Assembly: GCA_964620885.1 (NCBI GenBank)
Contig: CAZUKR010000002.1
Coordinates: forward strand, 3,621 to 67,620
Source of the DNA: an uncultured Eubacterium sp.
Lineage (GTDB): Bacteria; Bacillota; Clostridia; Lachnospirales; Lachnospiraceae
DNA length: 64,000 nucleotides
Reading direction: 5' to 3'
The translations under genes were made by a program, and so were the position numbers. The notes beneath the pieces were generated by a model. The model was not told where the DNA came from. It saw only the letters and a list, made by a program, of their open reading frames with translations, and made no database searches. Within the stretch, counting starts at the first letter, position 1, and the number at the start of each line of letters is the position of its first letter. Below, in pieces: positions 9,376 through 18,983 of this stretch.

Positions 9376-9965
9376 GTGTAGTAAAGATACTGGCGGTTCT
9401 GCTTTGGATTTATATTCTTTCCGCATTGAAACGCGGGAAGCTGGGCTTTTGGTATTTTATTACCGGAAGTGTGGGAATGTTTGTATTTTATATGATATTA
9501 CTACAGCCATTGCTGACAATTCCCTTGCAAAAGGCGGTGGCGGCAGTAGCAGGAATCCTGGGAAGTGCATCTGGAATGTTTGAATCTTACTTTCAGCAGG
9601 GAATACTGTTTGTGCCTTATGATACCGGAGCCATTTCATTATATATTGACTATGAGTGTTCGGGAATTATAGAAATAGGGGCCTACCTTTCTCTGCTGGT
9701 ATTTTTTCAGGTATATTCCAAACAGGAAAAATTAGTGCTTTCCATTATTGGAAGTCTTGGGATATTCTGTGCCAACGTTCTGCGGATTTTTATTATTGGA
9801 AGTCTCATTCATATCTGGGGAAGTTCGATTTATTTCGCCGCACATACCATTATTGGAAGAATGGTGTTTTATGGATTTACCATTGTGCTATATTTTTATG
9901 TATTTACCAGAGGGCAGATTAAGCGTCAGCGGATAGGAAAGTTTAATTATGACATTACTGATTGA
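9372..9965 (+). CDS. xrtG: Exosortase family protein XrtG
   Basis: Multi-TM; putative catalytic Cys (YECSG), Arg (NVLR), His (AHTIIGR); start overlaps the stop of the CTERM gene. Confidence 0.85.
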   Translation: MSVVKILAVLLWIYILSALKRGKLGFWYFITGSVGMFVFYMILLQPLLTIPLQKAVAAVAGILGSASGMFESYFQQGILFVPYDTGAISLYIDYECSGIIEIGAYLSLLVFFQVYSKQEKLVLSIIGSLGIFCANVLRIFIIGSLIHIWGSSIYFAAHTIIGRMVFYGFTIVLYFYVFTRGQIKRQRIGKFNYDITD

Positions 9966-11322
9966 TTTTTTCAGTTCATCCATTATATTTTGGATGGCAT
10001 GGGTAATTATACCGGTTGTAATGGAGATTATACCGGCTATAATGGACTTTGTGGTCTTATTGAAGCGTAAAGTCAGAAAAAAAGAATACAAAGAAATCAC
10101 TTATATGCCGGAAATCAGCCTGATTATACCGGTATATAATTCAGCGGAAAGTCTGGAGCGTTGTATAGAATCCGTATACCGTTCGGAATATGATTTGGAA
10201 AAAATCTATGTAATGCTGGTAGATAACGGAAGTAAGGATAACAGTTACGAAATTTTCTGCCGGTGCCGGGAAAAATTTGCGGAGTTATCCATGGTGTGGG
10301 AAACTTCTGCACAGGGTAAGTCCAAGGCATTAAACAAGGCATTATATAACAGCTCAGGAAAGTATATTATACATATTGACAGTGATGGTATGCTGCATCC
10401 ACAGGCATTGAAGAATATGGTGACCTTGTTTGAAAATGAACTGGATATCCATTGTGTGACGGGAACCGTCATCACCAACCCGGAAATGATAGATGATACC
10501 AAAGGGTTTTTTAAGCGCCAGTTTCGGAAGGCAGAGTTTTTTGAATACTGTCAGGCATTTCTGGCAGGACGTAATTTCCAGTCAGAGTTTAACAGCATTT
10601 TCACCTTGTCAGGGGCATTTTCTGCGTTTCGTAAATCTTCTATATTAAAGACACAGTTATATAATACAGAAACAGTGTGCGAAGATACTCATGTTACCTT
10701 TCAGATTCGTGAGAATCTGAAAAACAGGATTGTGATATGCGACAATGCTTTTTTCTTTGTGGATCCCATTGAGAGCCTGGACCAGCTGTACATTCAAAGA
10801 CAACGGTGGCAGCGGGGAGAAATGGAAGTTATTCATATGTTTTACAAAGACATGAAGGCTGTGAAAGGATTTATATCTAATTTTGTCATACGTATTATCA
10901 TATTTGACCATACCTTTGCATTTCCAAGAATGATTTGGTACTTTGCCTTGATTTGTCTTACCATGTTTAATTATCCCGTAAGACTGGTGGTAATGTCTCT
11001 TGGAATTATATATGCCTTGTATATGGTAAGTTCCTTTTTATTTTATATTAGTATTTCTATGTTTTTATCTAAATATAAGGACCTAAAAAAGTACTATATG
11101 CGGAAATGGTACCATATCCTGTTTCACCCGCTGTTTAATTTCATGACATTCTGGTTTCGCTTTGCGGGAATTATCAATTCAATCAGGGGGGACCAGAGCT
11201 GGAAGACAAGAACATTCAAGGAAGAATATCAAGTATTTCGTAAAATTGTAAAAAAAGATTTTGGCTGGTTTTTTAGGGGACTGGAAAGATTACGGAAAGC
11301 AGTAAATGTTTCCGAGGAATAA
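9949..11322 (+). CDS. Processive GT2 glycosyltransferase, exosortase G-associated type
   Basis: VDNGS, HIDSD (DxD), CEDT, QRQRW (QxxRW) motifs; N- and C-terminal TMs. Confidence 0.85.
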   Translation: MTLLIDFFSSSIIFWMAWVIIPVVMEIIPAIMDFVVLLKRKVRKKEYKEITYMPEISLIIPVYNSAESLERCIESVYRSEYDLEKIYVMLVDNGSKDNSYEIFCRCREKFAELSMVWETSAQGKSKALNKALYNSSGKYIIHIDSDGMLHPQALKNMVTLFENELDIHCVTGTVITNPEMIDDTKGFFKRQFRKAEFFEYCQAFLAGRNFQSEFNSIFTLSGAFSAFRKSSILKTQLYNTETVCEDTHVTFQIRENLKNRIVICDNAFFFVDPIESLDQLYIQRQRWQRGEMEVIHMFYKDMKAVKGFISNFVIRIIIFDHTFAFPRMIWYFALICLTMFNYPVRLVVMSLGIIYALYMVSSFLFYISISMFLSKYKDLKKYYMRKWYHILFHPLFNFMTFWFRFAGIINSIRGDQSWKTRTFKEEYQVFRKIVKKDFGWFFRGLERLRKAVNVSEE

Positions 11323-11334
11323 TTGGAGTAAAAG

Positions 11335-12378
11335 ATGAAGAGAACAAGACATATTGTTGTAGTAATATCCATGGCGCTATTGCTGATATTAGAAGCTGTA
11401 TTTATGGTCTATGGTTTTAAAAAGATAGAGGATGACTATGTGAATATATATCTGGAGCAGAAGGAGGAATATCTGGCACAGATAAATCTGCATCTGGAAT
11501 ATATGTTGGAGCAGGGAGGGCAGCAGCAGGAACTGGTGCGTTATATATCAGAGTATGTACCAGTGTCCGGCAGCTACTATGCGTGGCTTATCAGAGATGA
11601 ATCTGTAATTTTTGCTAAAAATGAAACGGTAACGGCATCTTTGGGAGAAACTCAGGCCTGGCCGGTATTTCAGGAGGCAATTGACGCCCGGGAAACCTGC
11701 AGTGTTTCAGCAGAATTTTCATATGAAGAAGAAAACTATATTACCGGAATTGTTATCGACCGGAATTATATTTTAAAGGATAAAAATCTACAGAAATTTA
11801 AGATGTATAACAGTGTGAGTCTGTCTGTTCTGGGATTGCTGATGTTTTCTGCAATGGCGTTGTATATACAGAGATTCTGGAAGGAAAAGAAAAGAAATAT
11901 TCTTATAGAGGGAGAGCTTCAGAATAAGAATAGTACGCTGAATGAAATGCATGAGGACGTGGTAAGGCTGAACCAGAAAATACGAAAACAGAAACGAAAT
12001 CCAGAGGGAAGGAAAAGCTATGATTTGCAGATGGCGAAAAAGCTTCTGGAGAAGTCTGAAAGGGCGGGAATCTGGCCGATGTATTACGCTGTGTTTCAAT
12101 TGCGGATGTATGAAGGGCAGTATTATGGAAAGCAGCAGATTATGGACGTTATAGAGCAGATATCTCTGGATGAACGCCATATTCTCATGGAAATTCAAAA
12201 GGGATGCTTTCTGGTATTTTTCTACCGGACAAAAGAGGAGGAGATGGAAGAGATTTTAGAAGATGTGAGAGAAAAATGGAAATCTACAAAAATAAAAATA
12301 AAAATTTATTCCGGATCGGTCCATCCCAATCAGCCGGAACGTGAATGGCTGGATGAATTTTTAGAAAGAAAGGAGTGA
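11335..12378 (+). CDS. Membrane protein: TM, extracellular domain, TM, coiled coil, small cytoplasmic alpha/beta domain (possibly degenerate GGDEF)
   Basis: Hydropathy pattern and operon position; no intact GG(D/E)EF motif. Confidence 0.55.
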   Translation: MKRTRHIVVVISMALLLILEAVFMVYGFKKIEDDYVNIYLEQKEEYLAQINLHLEYMLEQGGQQQELVRYISEYVPVSGSYYAWLIRDESVIFAKNETVTASLGETQAWPVFQEAIDARETCSVSAEFSYEEENYITGIVIDRNYILKDKNLQKFKMYNSVSLSVLGLLMFSAMALYIQRFWKEKKRNILIEGELQNKNSTLNEMHEDVVRLNQKIRKQKRNPEGRKSYDLQMAKKLLEKSERAGIWPMYYAVFQLRMYEGQYYGKQQIMDVIEQISLDERHILMEIQKGCFLVFFYRTKEEEMEEILEDVREKWKSTKIKIKIYSGSVHPNQPEREWLDEFLERKE

Positions 12379-12383
12379 AATGC

Positions 12384-12836
12384 ATGAAGTACAGACAGTA
12401 TACCTTTACGTTCTACTTAAATACCAGTCATGCAATTTATATTAATGGAAAACGAGGGCAGATACATCCTCATACCTGGGAAATCACCCTTCATTTACTG
12501 TATATGCAGGAGAATTTCATTGCCTTTCATAAGCTGGAAGAACGGATTGAGGAATATATGGCCAAATATCAGGATATATGTCTCAATGATATGGAGCCTT
12601 TTAATCGGATAAATCCTACCTTGGAAAACTGTTGTGAACATTTTAAAAATGAATTGAAAGATATTCTGAATGAGGAAGGATGGCTTTTGCTAATGATAGA
12701 GATTAAGGAGACACCAACCCGGGCATATGTGATAAACCTTTTAGACGAAGATGGGACAGAAGATGAGCAGTTTCTGGAGGCCTTTTCTAATGAATTATTG
12801 ACTCGCATTGCTCAGGGGAAGAGCATAGATGAATAA
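12384..12836 (+). CDS. QueD/6-pyruvoyl-tetrahydropterin synthase-related protein
   Basis: SHAI...IHPHTW (three His), NPTLEN, IEIKETPT. Confidence 0.8.
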   Translation: MKYRQYTFTFYLNTSHAIYINGKRGQIHPHTWEITLHLLYMQENFIAFHKLEERIEEYMAKYQDICLNDMEPFNRINPTLENCCEHFKNELKDILNEEGWLLLMIEIKETPTRAYVINLLDEDGTEDEQFLEAFSNELLTRIAQGKSIDE

Positions 12837-13881
12837 TTTACAAGATGTGAAAATTATTATTCCGGTGCTGAACCCGAATGAAAATTTTTTAAAATTATTA
12901 GATGAATTAAAAAACCAGGGGTTTGAGCCGCCCATAGTGGTAAACGATGGAAGCAGCTCTGAAAGCTGCGGCTATTTTCAAACGGCACAGGAAGAGTATG
13001 GATGTATTGTTTTGGAACACGAGGAAAATAAGGGAAAAGGCTGTGCATTGAAAACAGCTTTTTCCTATATTTTAAGCGAAAACAAATACAAATATGTGGT
13101 GACCATTGATGCGGATGGGCAGCATGAGCCAGAGGATGTGTTGGCATGTGTTATTGCGGCACGGGAAGCTGAAAACAGTAGAAAAGTGATGTTTGGATGT
13201 CGGAATTTTAATGAACCACAGGTACCTGCAAAGAGCAGAATAGGAAATAAAAGCATGTGTATATTAATGCGTTTCGCCTGTGGAATGAACTTGTCTGATA
13301 CCCAGACCGGACTGCGGGTATTTCCGGTAGAATATTTACCGTGGTTGGTAGAAGTTGAAGGAGAACGGTTTGAGTACGAGACCAATGTGCTTATTTTTAT
13401 GCAGGGAAAAGAAATTCCCTATGGAGAAGTCAGTGTGAGAACGGTATATATGGAAGAGAACAAGTCTTCCCATTTCCGTCCCATAACGGATTCTCTTATT
13501 ATTATCCGCCCATTTTTAAAGTTTCTTGTATCATCATTTAGTTCTTCTCTGGTAGATTTAGCTGTTTTTACACTTTTGTTTTATCTGCTGCGGGGATTCC
13601 CGGAACGTGAGGTTATCTGGGGAGCCACCATAGCGGCAAGAGCTTTATCGGCATGCTTCAATTACCTGCTAAACCGTCACAAAGTGTTTGAACAGGGAAG
13701 CGGAAAGTCACCGATGAAATATATTGCGCTGTGTATTTTACAGATGTGTATGTCGGCAGCACTGGTAAGTGCCGTATTTAGAATTGTGGGAGTGGGAGCA
13801 GTTGGAATTAAGATTGTAGTAGATATAAGTTTATTTTTTGTTAGTTATCAGATACAGCGGGAATGGGTATTTTCAAAATAA
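12829..13881 (+). CDS. GT2 polyprenyl-phosphate glycosyltransferase fused to a GtrA-like flippase domain
   Basis: VVNDGSS, NKGKG, TIDADGQH, DTQTGLR; C-terminal 4-TM GtrA pattern (FNYLLNRHKVF, YQIQREWVF). Confidence 0.85.
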   Translation: MNNLQDVKIIIPVLNPNENFLKLLDELKNQGFEPPIVVNDGSSSESCGYFQTAQEEYGCIVLEHEENKGKGCALKTAFSYILSENKYKYVVTIDADGQHEPEDVLACVIAAREAENSRKVMFGCRNFNEPQVPAKSRIGNKSMCILMRFACGMNLSDTQTGLRVFPVEYLPWLVEVEGERFEYETNVLIFMQGKEIPYGEVSVRTVYMEENKSSHFRPITDSLIIIRPFLKFLVSSFSSSLVDLAVFTLLFYLLRGFPEREVIWGATIAARALSACFNYLLNRHKVFEQGSGKSPMKYIALCILQMCMSAALVSAVFRIVGVGAVGIKIVVDISLFFVSYQIQREWVFSK

Positions 13882-16421
13882 TGGAGGCGAGAAGAGTGTC
13901 GGAAAAGGGGATTAAAAGGAACAGTATTCGGATATATGGCATAATAGCAGGACTATTGCTCAGCGTATTGCTGGCAGTAGTGACGATTCTGGTGATTAAG
14001 AAGACAGGATTGTATCCCAAAGGATATGATACCATGTATCATATTTATAGAGGCGAATCTCTATTTCAGGCATGGAAGAATCAGGAATGGTACCCTCTGT
14101 ATGACCGGTATCTTTATAATGGAGTACAGCCATTGCGTTACTGGGCGCCGGTAACGGTATATATTTTGGCAGGCCTTCGGTTTTTAAGTGCTTCTATTTT
14201 GAATGCATATCTGCTGTTTATAGGTGTTTTGATTATATTATCAATGGCAGGATGGCTTCGGTTTGGATGGCATTATAAGCGTATTCCGCTGGCTATTTTT
14301 ACAGGTGTAATCTGGTTTTTTATGCCGGAGAATTTGAGGGTGTTTTTTGCCAGCGGCAACCTGCCCAGAGGACTTGTGGCGGCATTATTGCCCTGGTTCA
14401 TGTTTGCTGTAATGCGTTTTCTGGAGTATGGGAAAAGGCAAAAAGAAGAGCCGGAAAACCATAAATTGCGGAAAAAGCAGGCATGGGCATTTGGAGAAAT
14501 CGGGATTCAGACGGCACTTCTGGTACTGGCCCATTCCGGTCAGGGAAGTATTGTACTCCTGTGTACGCTGATATTTCTATTGATATATGGCATATCCCAG
14601 AAACAGGGCAAATCGGCCGGTCAGGTAGTGCTTGCGGTTCTTGGGGGATACGGACTTACTGGTTTATGGCTGTATCCATCCTTAAAGGGTGGCCTGGTCT
14701 CCATGGGTAATGACAGTGCTCAGGTAATGGAGGCAAGCTTTCAAAATATATGGGTTTCCATACAACCCTTTTTACGGTTAGAAAACCAGGATGTTATGTA
14801 TTTCGGACTGTCTGTACTGGTGTTGGCGGTGATGGGAATGTTTCTTGCATTCCGGGAGCAGAAGGCGGGTTTTCTGACGGGAATTCTGATTTTTTTAGGA
14901 ACCAGTCTTTCTGCCTACAAGATATTAATGAAGCTGCCATTTAGCGGAATTTTGTGGATGGAACGTTTTGTATCGGTAGCACTGATATTTGTGCTGATCT
15001 CCTTTATCCAATGGAAACGCCTGAAACCCTGGCTGACTGCTGTGGTATGTATATTGCTGGCAGCGGATACCATACCGTCCCTGCAGTTTATCTGGGCACA
15101 AAAGGAAGAATGGGTGGAGGATGCCCATGAGGAAATTGAAAATGATGCCAAGAGACTCCTGCTGGATGAAGCGAAAGCTGTTACGAATCAAAGAATAGCA
15201 GTTATGGATTTGAGTGCTTATACAGCATTTGCGCCTTATTATTTGTCGGGAGAAGAACCACAGGTATTGTGTACCTTTGGTGCCGCATGGCAGAGTGCCC
15301 ATACAGCATCCAATGTAGTAATGCTCAATACTGCCATATCAGAGGGGTATTATGATTATTTATTTGACCGGTGCCTGGAAATGGGAAATGATACGGTATA
15401 TGTGCTGGAGTCAGCCATGAAAAATGGACGGCAGGATATAGAACAGCTTACAGCGGCGGCAGAGCGTATGGGGTATCAGTGCGTTGCAGATAATGGGATA
15501 AATGTAATTTTTCACAGGGAAATAAAAGAAGGTTTTGGTACGGTTACAGACTATGAGGGAATTGCAATTGGGACATCGGCTCAATCCATAGCCTTACGTT
15601 ATCCTGTATTTCAGGAAACCACAGAATCCAATTTAAATCACTATACATTTGAAGATCTGGTCTCTTATCAGAAGATATATTTATCTGGTTTTTCTTATGA
15701 TGATAAGGAAGAAGCAGAGAGACTGGTGGAAAAACTTGCAGAAGCAGGATGTGAAATATATGTTGATATGGGAAACATTTCAGCGGAAAAATCTGGACTG
15801 TCCAGTTTTCTTGGATGCGAAACAGCATCTGTTATGCTGAAAGATTACTATCCGGAACTTACTTTTGAAGGAAGGATATATCAGACTGGAAAATTTACAG
15901 AAGAGAATAGTCAGTGGAATACCGTATATCTGGTAAATCCAGAGAAGCCAGATGGGACAGCGGTTTATAATAATCAGGAGCTTTGCTTTAGCAGTACCGC
16001 AGAAAATGAAAGAATACATATGCTGGCCTTTAATCTGGTTTATTATGGAATAAGTACCGGAGATGAGGAGGCTGGAATATTCCTGAATCAATACTTTGAG
16101 GCAGAACCGGGGATAACACCAACGCGGAGCGTAGTACCTGTGGATATTTCCTATTCTCCGGAGGGGATCGCAATAGAGACAGGGCAGGATAATGTAAACA
16201 CGGCATTGGCGTATCTGGACTCCTTTTCTATTGATAAGGAGGTAAGAGAAGAAAACCATCTTCTTGTGGTAGACAAAGGGGTAACCAAAATTCACTTTAC
16301 CTATCCCTACTTTATCCAGGGATTGCTTCTTACCGCAGGCGGAGGAGCATTTCTGCTGGCATATGGAATGTGGCTGTGCCGGAGAATGGACGGAAAAAAG
16401 AACTTTAACTTGCCGGACTAA
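13881..16421 (+). CDS. Large polytopic membrane protein of the PTPS-related/YfhO (GT-C-like) type
   Basis: First-loop GYDTMYH...WYPLYD...YNG motif, about 12 TMs, large soluble C-terminal domain, terminal TM; start could be the GTG at 13896. Confidence 0.7.
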   Translation: MEARRVSEKGIKRNSIRIYGIIAGLLLSVLLAVVTILVIKKTGLYPKGYDTMYHIYRGESLFQAWKNQEWYPLYDRYLYNGVQPLRYWAPVTVYILAGLRFLSASILNAYLLFIGVLIILSMAGWLRFGWHYKRIPLAIFTGVIWFFMPENLRVFFASGNLPRGLVAALLPWFMFAVMRFLEYGKRQKEEPENHKLRKKQAWAFGEIGIQTALLVLAHSGQGSIVLLCTLIFLLIYGISQKQGKSAGQVVLAVLGGYGLTGLWLYPSLKGGLVSMGNDSAQVMEASFQNIWVSIQPFLRLENQDVMYFGLSVLVLAVMGMFLAFREQKAGFLTGILIFLGTSLSAYKILMKLPFSGILWMERFVSVALIFVLISFIQWKRLKPWLTAVVCILLAADTIPSLQFIWAQKEEWVEDAHEEIENDAKRLLLDEAKAVTNQRIAVMDLSAYTAFAPYYLSGEEPQVLCTFGAAWQSAHTASNVVMLNTAISEGYYDYLFDRCLEMGNDTVYVLESAMKNGRQDIEQLTAAAERMGYQCVADNGINVIFHREIKEGFGTVTDYEGIAIGTSAQSIALRYPVFQETTESNLNHYTFEDLVSYQKIYLSGFSYDDKEEAERLVEKLAEAGCEIYVDMGNISAEKSGLSSFLGCETASVMLKDYYPELTFEGRIYQTGKFTEENSQWNTVYLVNPEKPDGTAVYNNQELCFSSTAENERIHMLAFNLVYYGISTGDEEAGIFLNQYFEAEPGITPTRSVVPVDISYSPEGIAIETGQDNVNTALAYLDSFSIDKEVREENHLLVVDKGVTKIHFTYPYFIQGLLLTAGGGAFLLAYGMWLCRRMDGKKNFNLPD

Positions 16422-16473
16422 AATGGTATAATGAGAGATAACTATTTTTCCAACCAGTTAGAGGAGAGTGTGA

Positions 16474-18525
16474 ATGAAGAGAAAAATACGTCTGAAAGGG
16501 CAGTTGAGAAAATATATGTACTGGCCCCTTATGCTTACAGCGCTGGTAGTGTTGATGAATATACCTGTATATTATATGGACAAAAAGGCAGGAATTTGTG
16601 TTTCTATTTTTACCGTGATATACTTTTTAGTAATGCTGGGTGCTCATGTTGCTAATAAGTCGGCAATGTTGAATGAAATTATTAATTTTGCCACCCAATA
16701 TGGAACCATACAGAAGAATCTGTTGAATGAATTTGAGATACCTTATGCTTTGCTGGATTATAACAGCAGAATTCTGTGGATGAATGAAGCGTTTGTAGAT
16801 ATTACCGGCAGAGAGAAGAAATATCATAAATCTATCAACACCATTTTTCCCGCGATTACAAGAGAGTTGCTGGAAAAAGAAGGTGAGACCAATGAGGTAG
16901 AGGTAAAGTTTGAAGATAAGATTTACCGTGCCAGCATGAGTAAGATATATTTTGACGAGGTCACGGAAGACAGTGGAGTAATTGAGCTGGAAAATAACCA
17001 TCAGTTTCTGACAGCACTGTATCTGTTTGATGAGACAGAGTTACATCATTATATTCAGGAAAATCAAGACCAGCAGTTAGTATCAGCATTGATATATATT
17101 GACAATTACGAAGAAGCACTGGAGAGTATTGAAGAGGTTAAGCGCTCCCTTCTGGTGGCTCTGGTAGATCGTAAGGTAAGCAAGTATTTTTCCGAGCGGG
17201 ATAGTATTGTAAAAAAAATAGAAAAAGACAAATACTTTCTGGTGTTTAAGAACAAATATCTGAAAGAGCTGATAGAGGATAAGTTCAGTATTCTGGAAGA
17301 AGTAAAAACCATTAAAGTTGGAAATGAAATGGCAGTTACGCTGAGTATTGGTGTTGGAGTCAATGGCGCCAATTATAATCAGAAATATGAGTATTCACGG
17401 GTAGCAATCGACCTTGCTCTGGGCCGTGGCGGTGATCAGGTAGTGGTAAAAGACAAGGAAAAAATCTCCTATTTTGGTGGAAAATCCAGACAGGTAGAAA
17501 AAATGACTCGTGTAAAGGCCCGTGTAAAAGCCCATGCACTTCGTGAAATTATGGAGAGCAAAGAACAGGTTATTATTATGGGACACAGTATCAGTGATAT
17601 AGATGCATTTGGTGCAGCCATAGGTATTTATTGTGCAGCCCAGGTTCTTGGGAAAAAGACCTATATCGTGATAAACCAGGTAACATCATCCCTGCGCCCT
17701 ATAAAAGAATGCTTTTCTGAAGAAAAGGGATATCCGGCGGATATGTTTATTAATAGTGACAGAGCAATGGAACTTGTAGATTACAATACCGTTGTTATGG
17801 TTGTGGATACCAATCGTCCCAACTATACCGAGTGTCCCGAACTGTTAAACCGGACAAAAACCATTGTGGTATTTGACCACCATCGTCAGAGCAGTGAAGT
17901 AATTGACAATGCAGTACTTTCTTATATTGAGACATATGCATCCTCCACCTGCGAAATGGTAGCGGAGGTATTACAGTATTTTAATGAAAATATTCATTTG
18001 AAGCCTGCGGAAGCAGACTGTATTTATGCAGGTATTTTAATTGATACCAACAACTTTATGACCAAGACAGGAGTACGTACCTTTGAAGCAGCTGCTTATC
18101 TGCGCCGCTGCGGAGCAGAAGTGACCAGAGTGCGTAAACTCCTTAGAGATGATATGGATTCCTATAAGGCAAGAGCAGAGGCAGTGCGACATGCAAGGGC
18201 TTACCGGGAAGTATTTGCTATTTCCATCTGCCCGGGAGATAATATTGAAAGTCCTACAATCGTAGGTGCCCAGGTAGCAAATGAACTTTTAAATATAGTG
18301 GGTATCAAGGCATCCTTTGTACTTACAGAATTTAATGAAAAAATATATATCAGTTCCCGTTCTATTGATGAAATTAACGTACAGCTTATTATGGAACGGT
18401 TAGGCGGCGGAGGTCATCTGAATGTGGCAGGAGCCCAGTTAGAAGACTATACTATAGAAGAGGCAGAAGAAAAGATACAGGAAACCCTGGATCAAATGAT
18501 AGAAGAAGGAGATATAGAACTATGA
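16474..18525 (+). CDS. gdpP: Cyclic di-AMP phosphodiesterase GdpP/YybT
   Basis: 2 TMs, PAS-like region, degenerate GGDEF (ALGRGGDQ), DHH (FDHHR), DHHA1 (GGGGH); upstream of rplI. Confidence 0.92.
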   Translation: MKRKIRLKGQLRKYMYWPLMLTALVVLMNIPVYYMDKKAGICVSIFTVIYFLVMLGAHVANKSAMLNEIINFATQYGTIQKNLLNEFEIPYALLDYNSRILWMNEAFVDITGREKKYHKSINTIFPAITRELLEKEGETNEVEVKFEDKIYRASMSKIYFDEVTEDSGVIELENNHQFLTALYLFDETELHHYIQENQDQQLVSALIYIDNYEEALESIEEVKRSLLVALVDRKVSKYFSERDSIVKKIEKDKYFLVFKNKYLKELIEDKFSILEEVKTIKVGNEMAVTLSIGVGVNGANYNQKYEYSRVAIDLALGRGGDQVVVKDKEKISYFGGKSRQVEKMTRVKARVKAHALREIMESKEQVIIMGHSISDIDAFGAAIGIYCAAQVLGKKTYIVINQVTSSLRPIKECFSEEKGYPADMFINSDRAMELVDYNTVVMVVDTNRPNYTECPELLNRTKTIVVFDHHRQSSEVIDNAVLSYIETYASSTCEMVAEVLQYFNENIHLKPAEADCIYAGILIDTNNFMTKTGVRTFEAAAYLRRCGAEVTRVRKLLRDDMDSYKARAEAVRHARAYREVFAISICPGDNIESPTIVGAQVANELLNIVGIKASFVLTEFNEKIYISSRSIDEINVQLIMERLGGGGHLNVAGAQLEDYTIEEAEEKIQETLDQMIEEGDIEL

Positions 18526-18971
18526 AAATAATATTATTGGAAGATGTAAAATCTCTGGGAAAAAAAGGTGAAGTGGTAAACGTTAATGACGGTTACGCAA
18601 GAAATATGATTTTACCTAAAAAGCTGGGTATAGAAGCAACCGGTAAAAATATGAACGATTTAAAACTTCAAAAAGAATATGCAGATAAAGTGGCAAAAGA
18701 GAATTTGGAAGCAGCCAAAGCCCTTGCAGAGGAAATCGGTACAAAAGAAGTAACGGTAAAAATTAAAACAGGAGAGGGTGGAAAGACCTTTGGTTCTGTT
18801 TCTTCCAAAGAGATTGCAACAATGGCAAAACAACAGTTGAATCTGGAGCTGGATAAGAAAAAGATGCAGGTAGAAGACGGAAGCCTCAAGACACTTGGTG
18901 TACATGAAGTAGCTATTAAGCTTCATCCAAAAGTAACGGCGTCCTTAAAGGTAAAAGTAATAGAAGAATAG
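18522..18971 (+). CDS. rplI: 50S ribosomal protein L9
   Basis: [28 protein letters not shown]; FGSVSSKEI. Confidence 0.97.
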   Translation: MKIILLEDVKSLGKKGEVVNVNDGYARNMILPKKLGIEATGKNMNDLKLQKEYADKVAKENLEAAKALAEEIGTKEVTVKIKTGEGGKTFGSVSSKEIATMAKQQLNLELDKKKMQVEDGSLKTLGVHEVAIKLHPKVTASLKVKVIEE

Positions 18972-18983
18972 GAGGACCCGGTT

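Noticed and set aside
12384-12836. queD gene symbol
   Set aside because: Catalytic Cys absent and no other que/fol genes in the window
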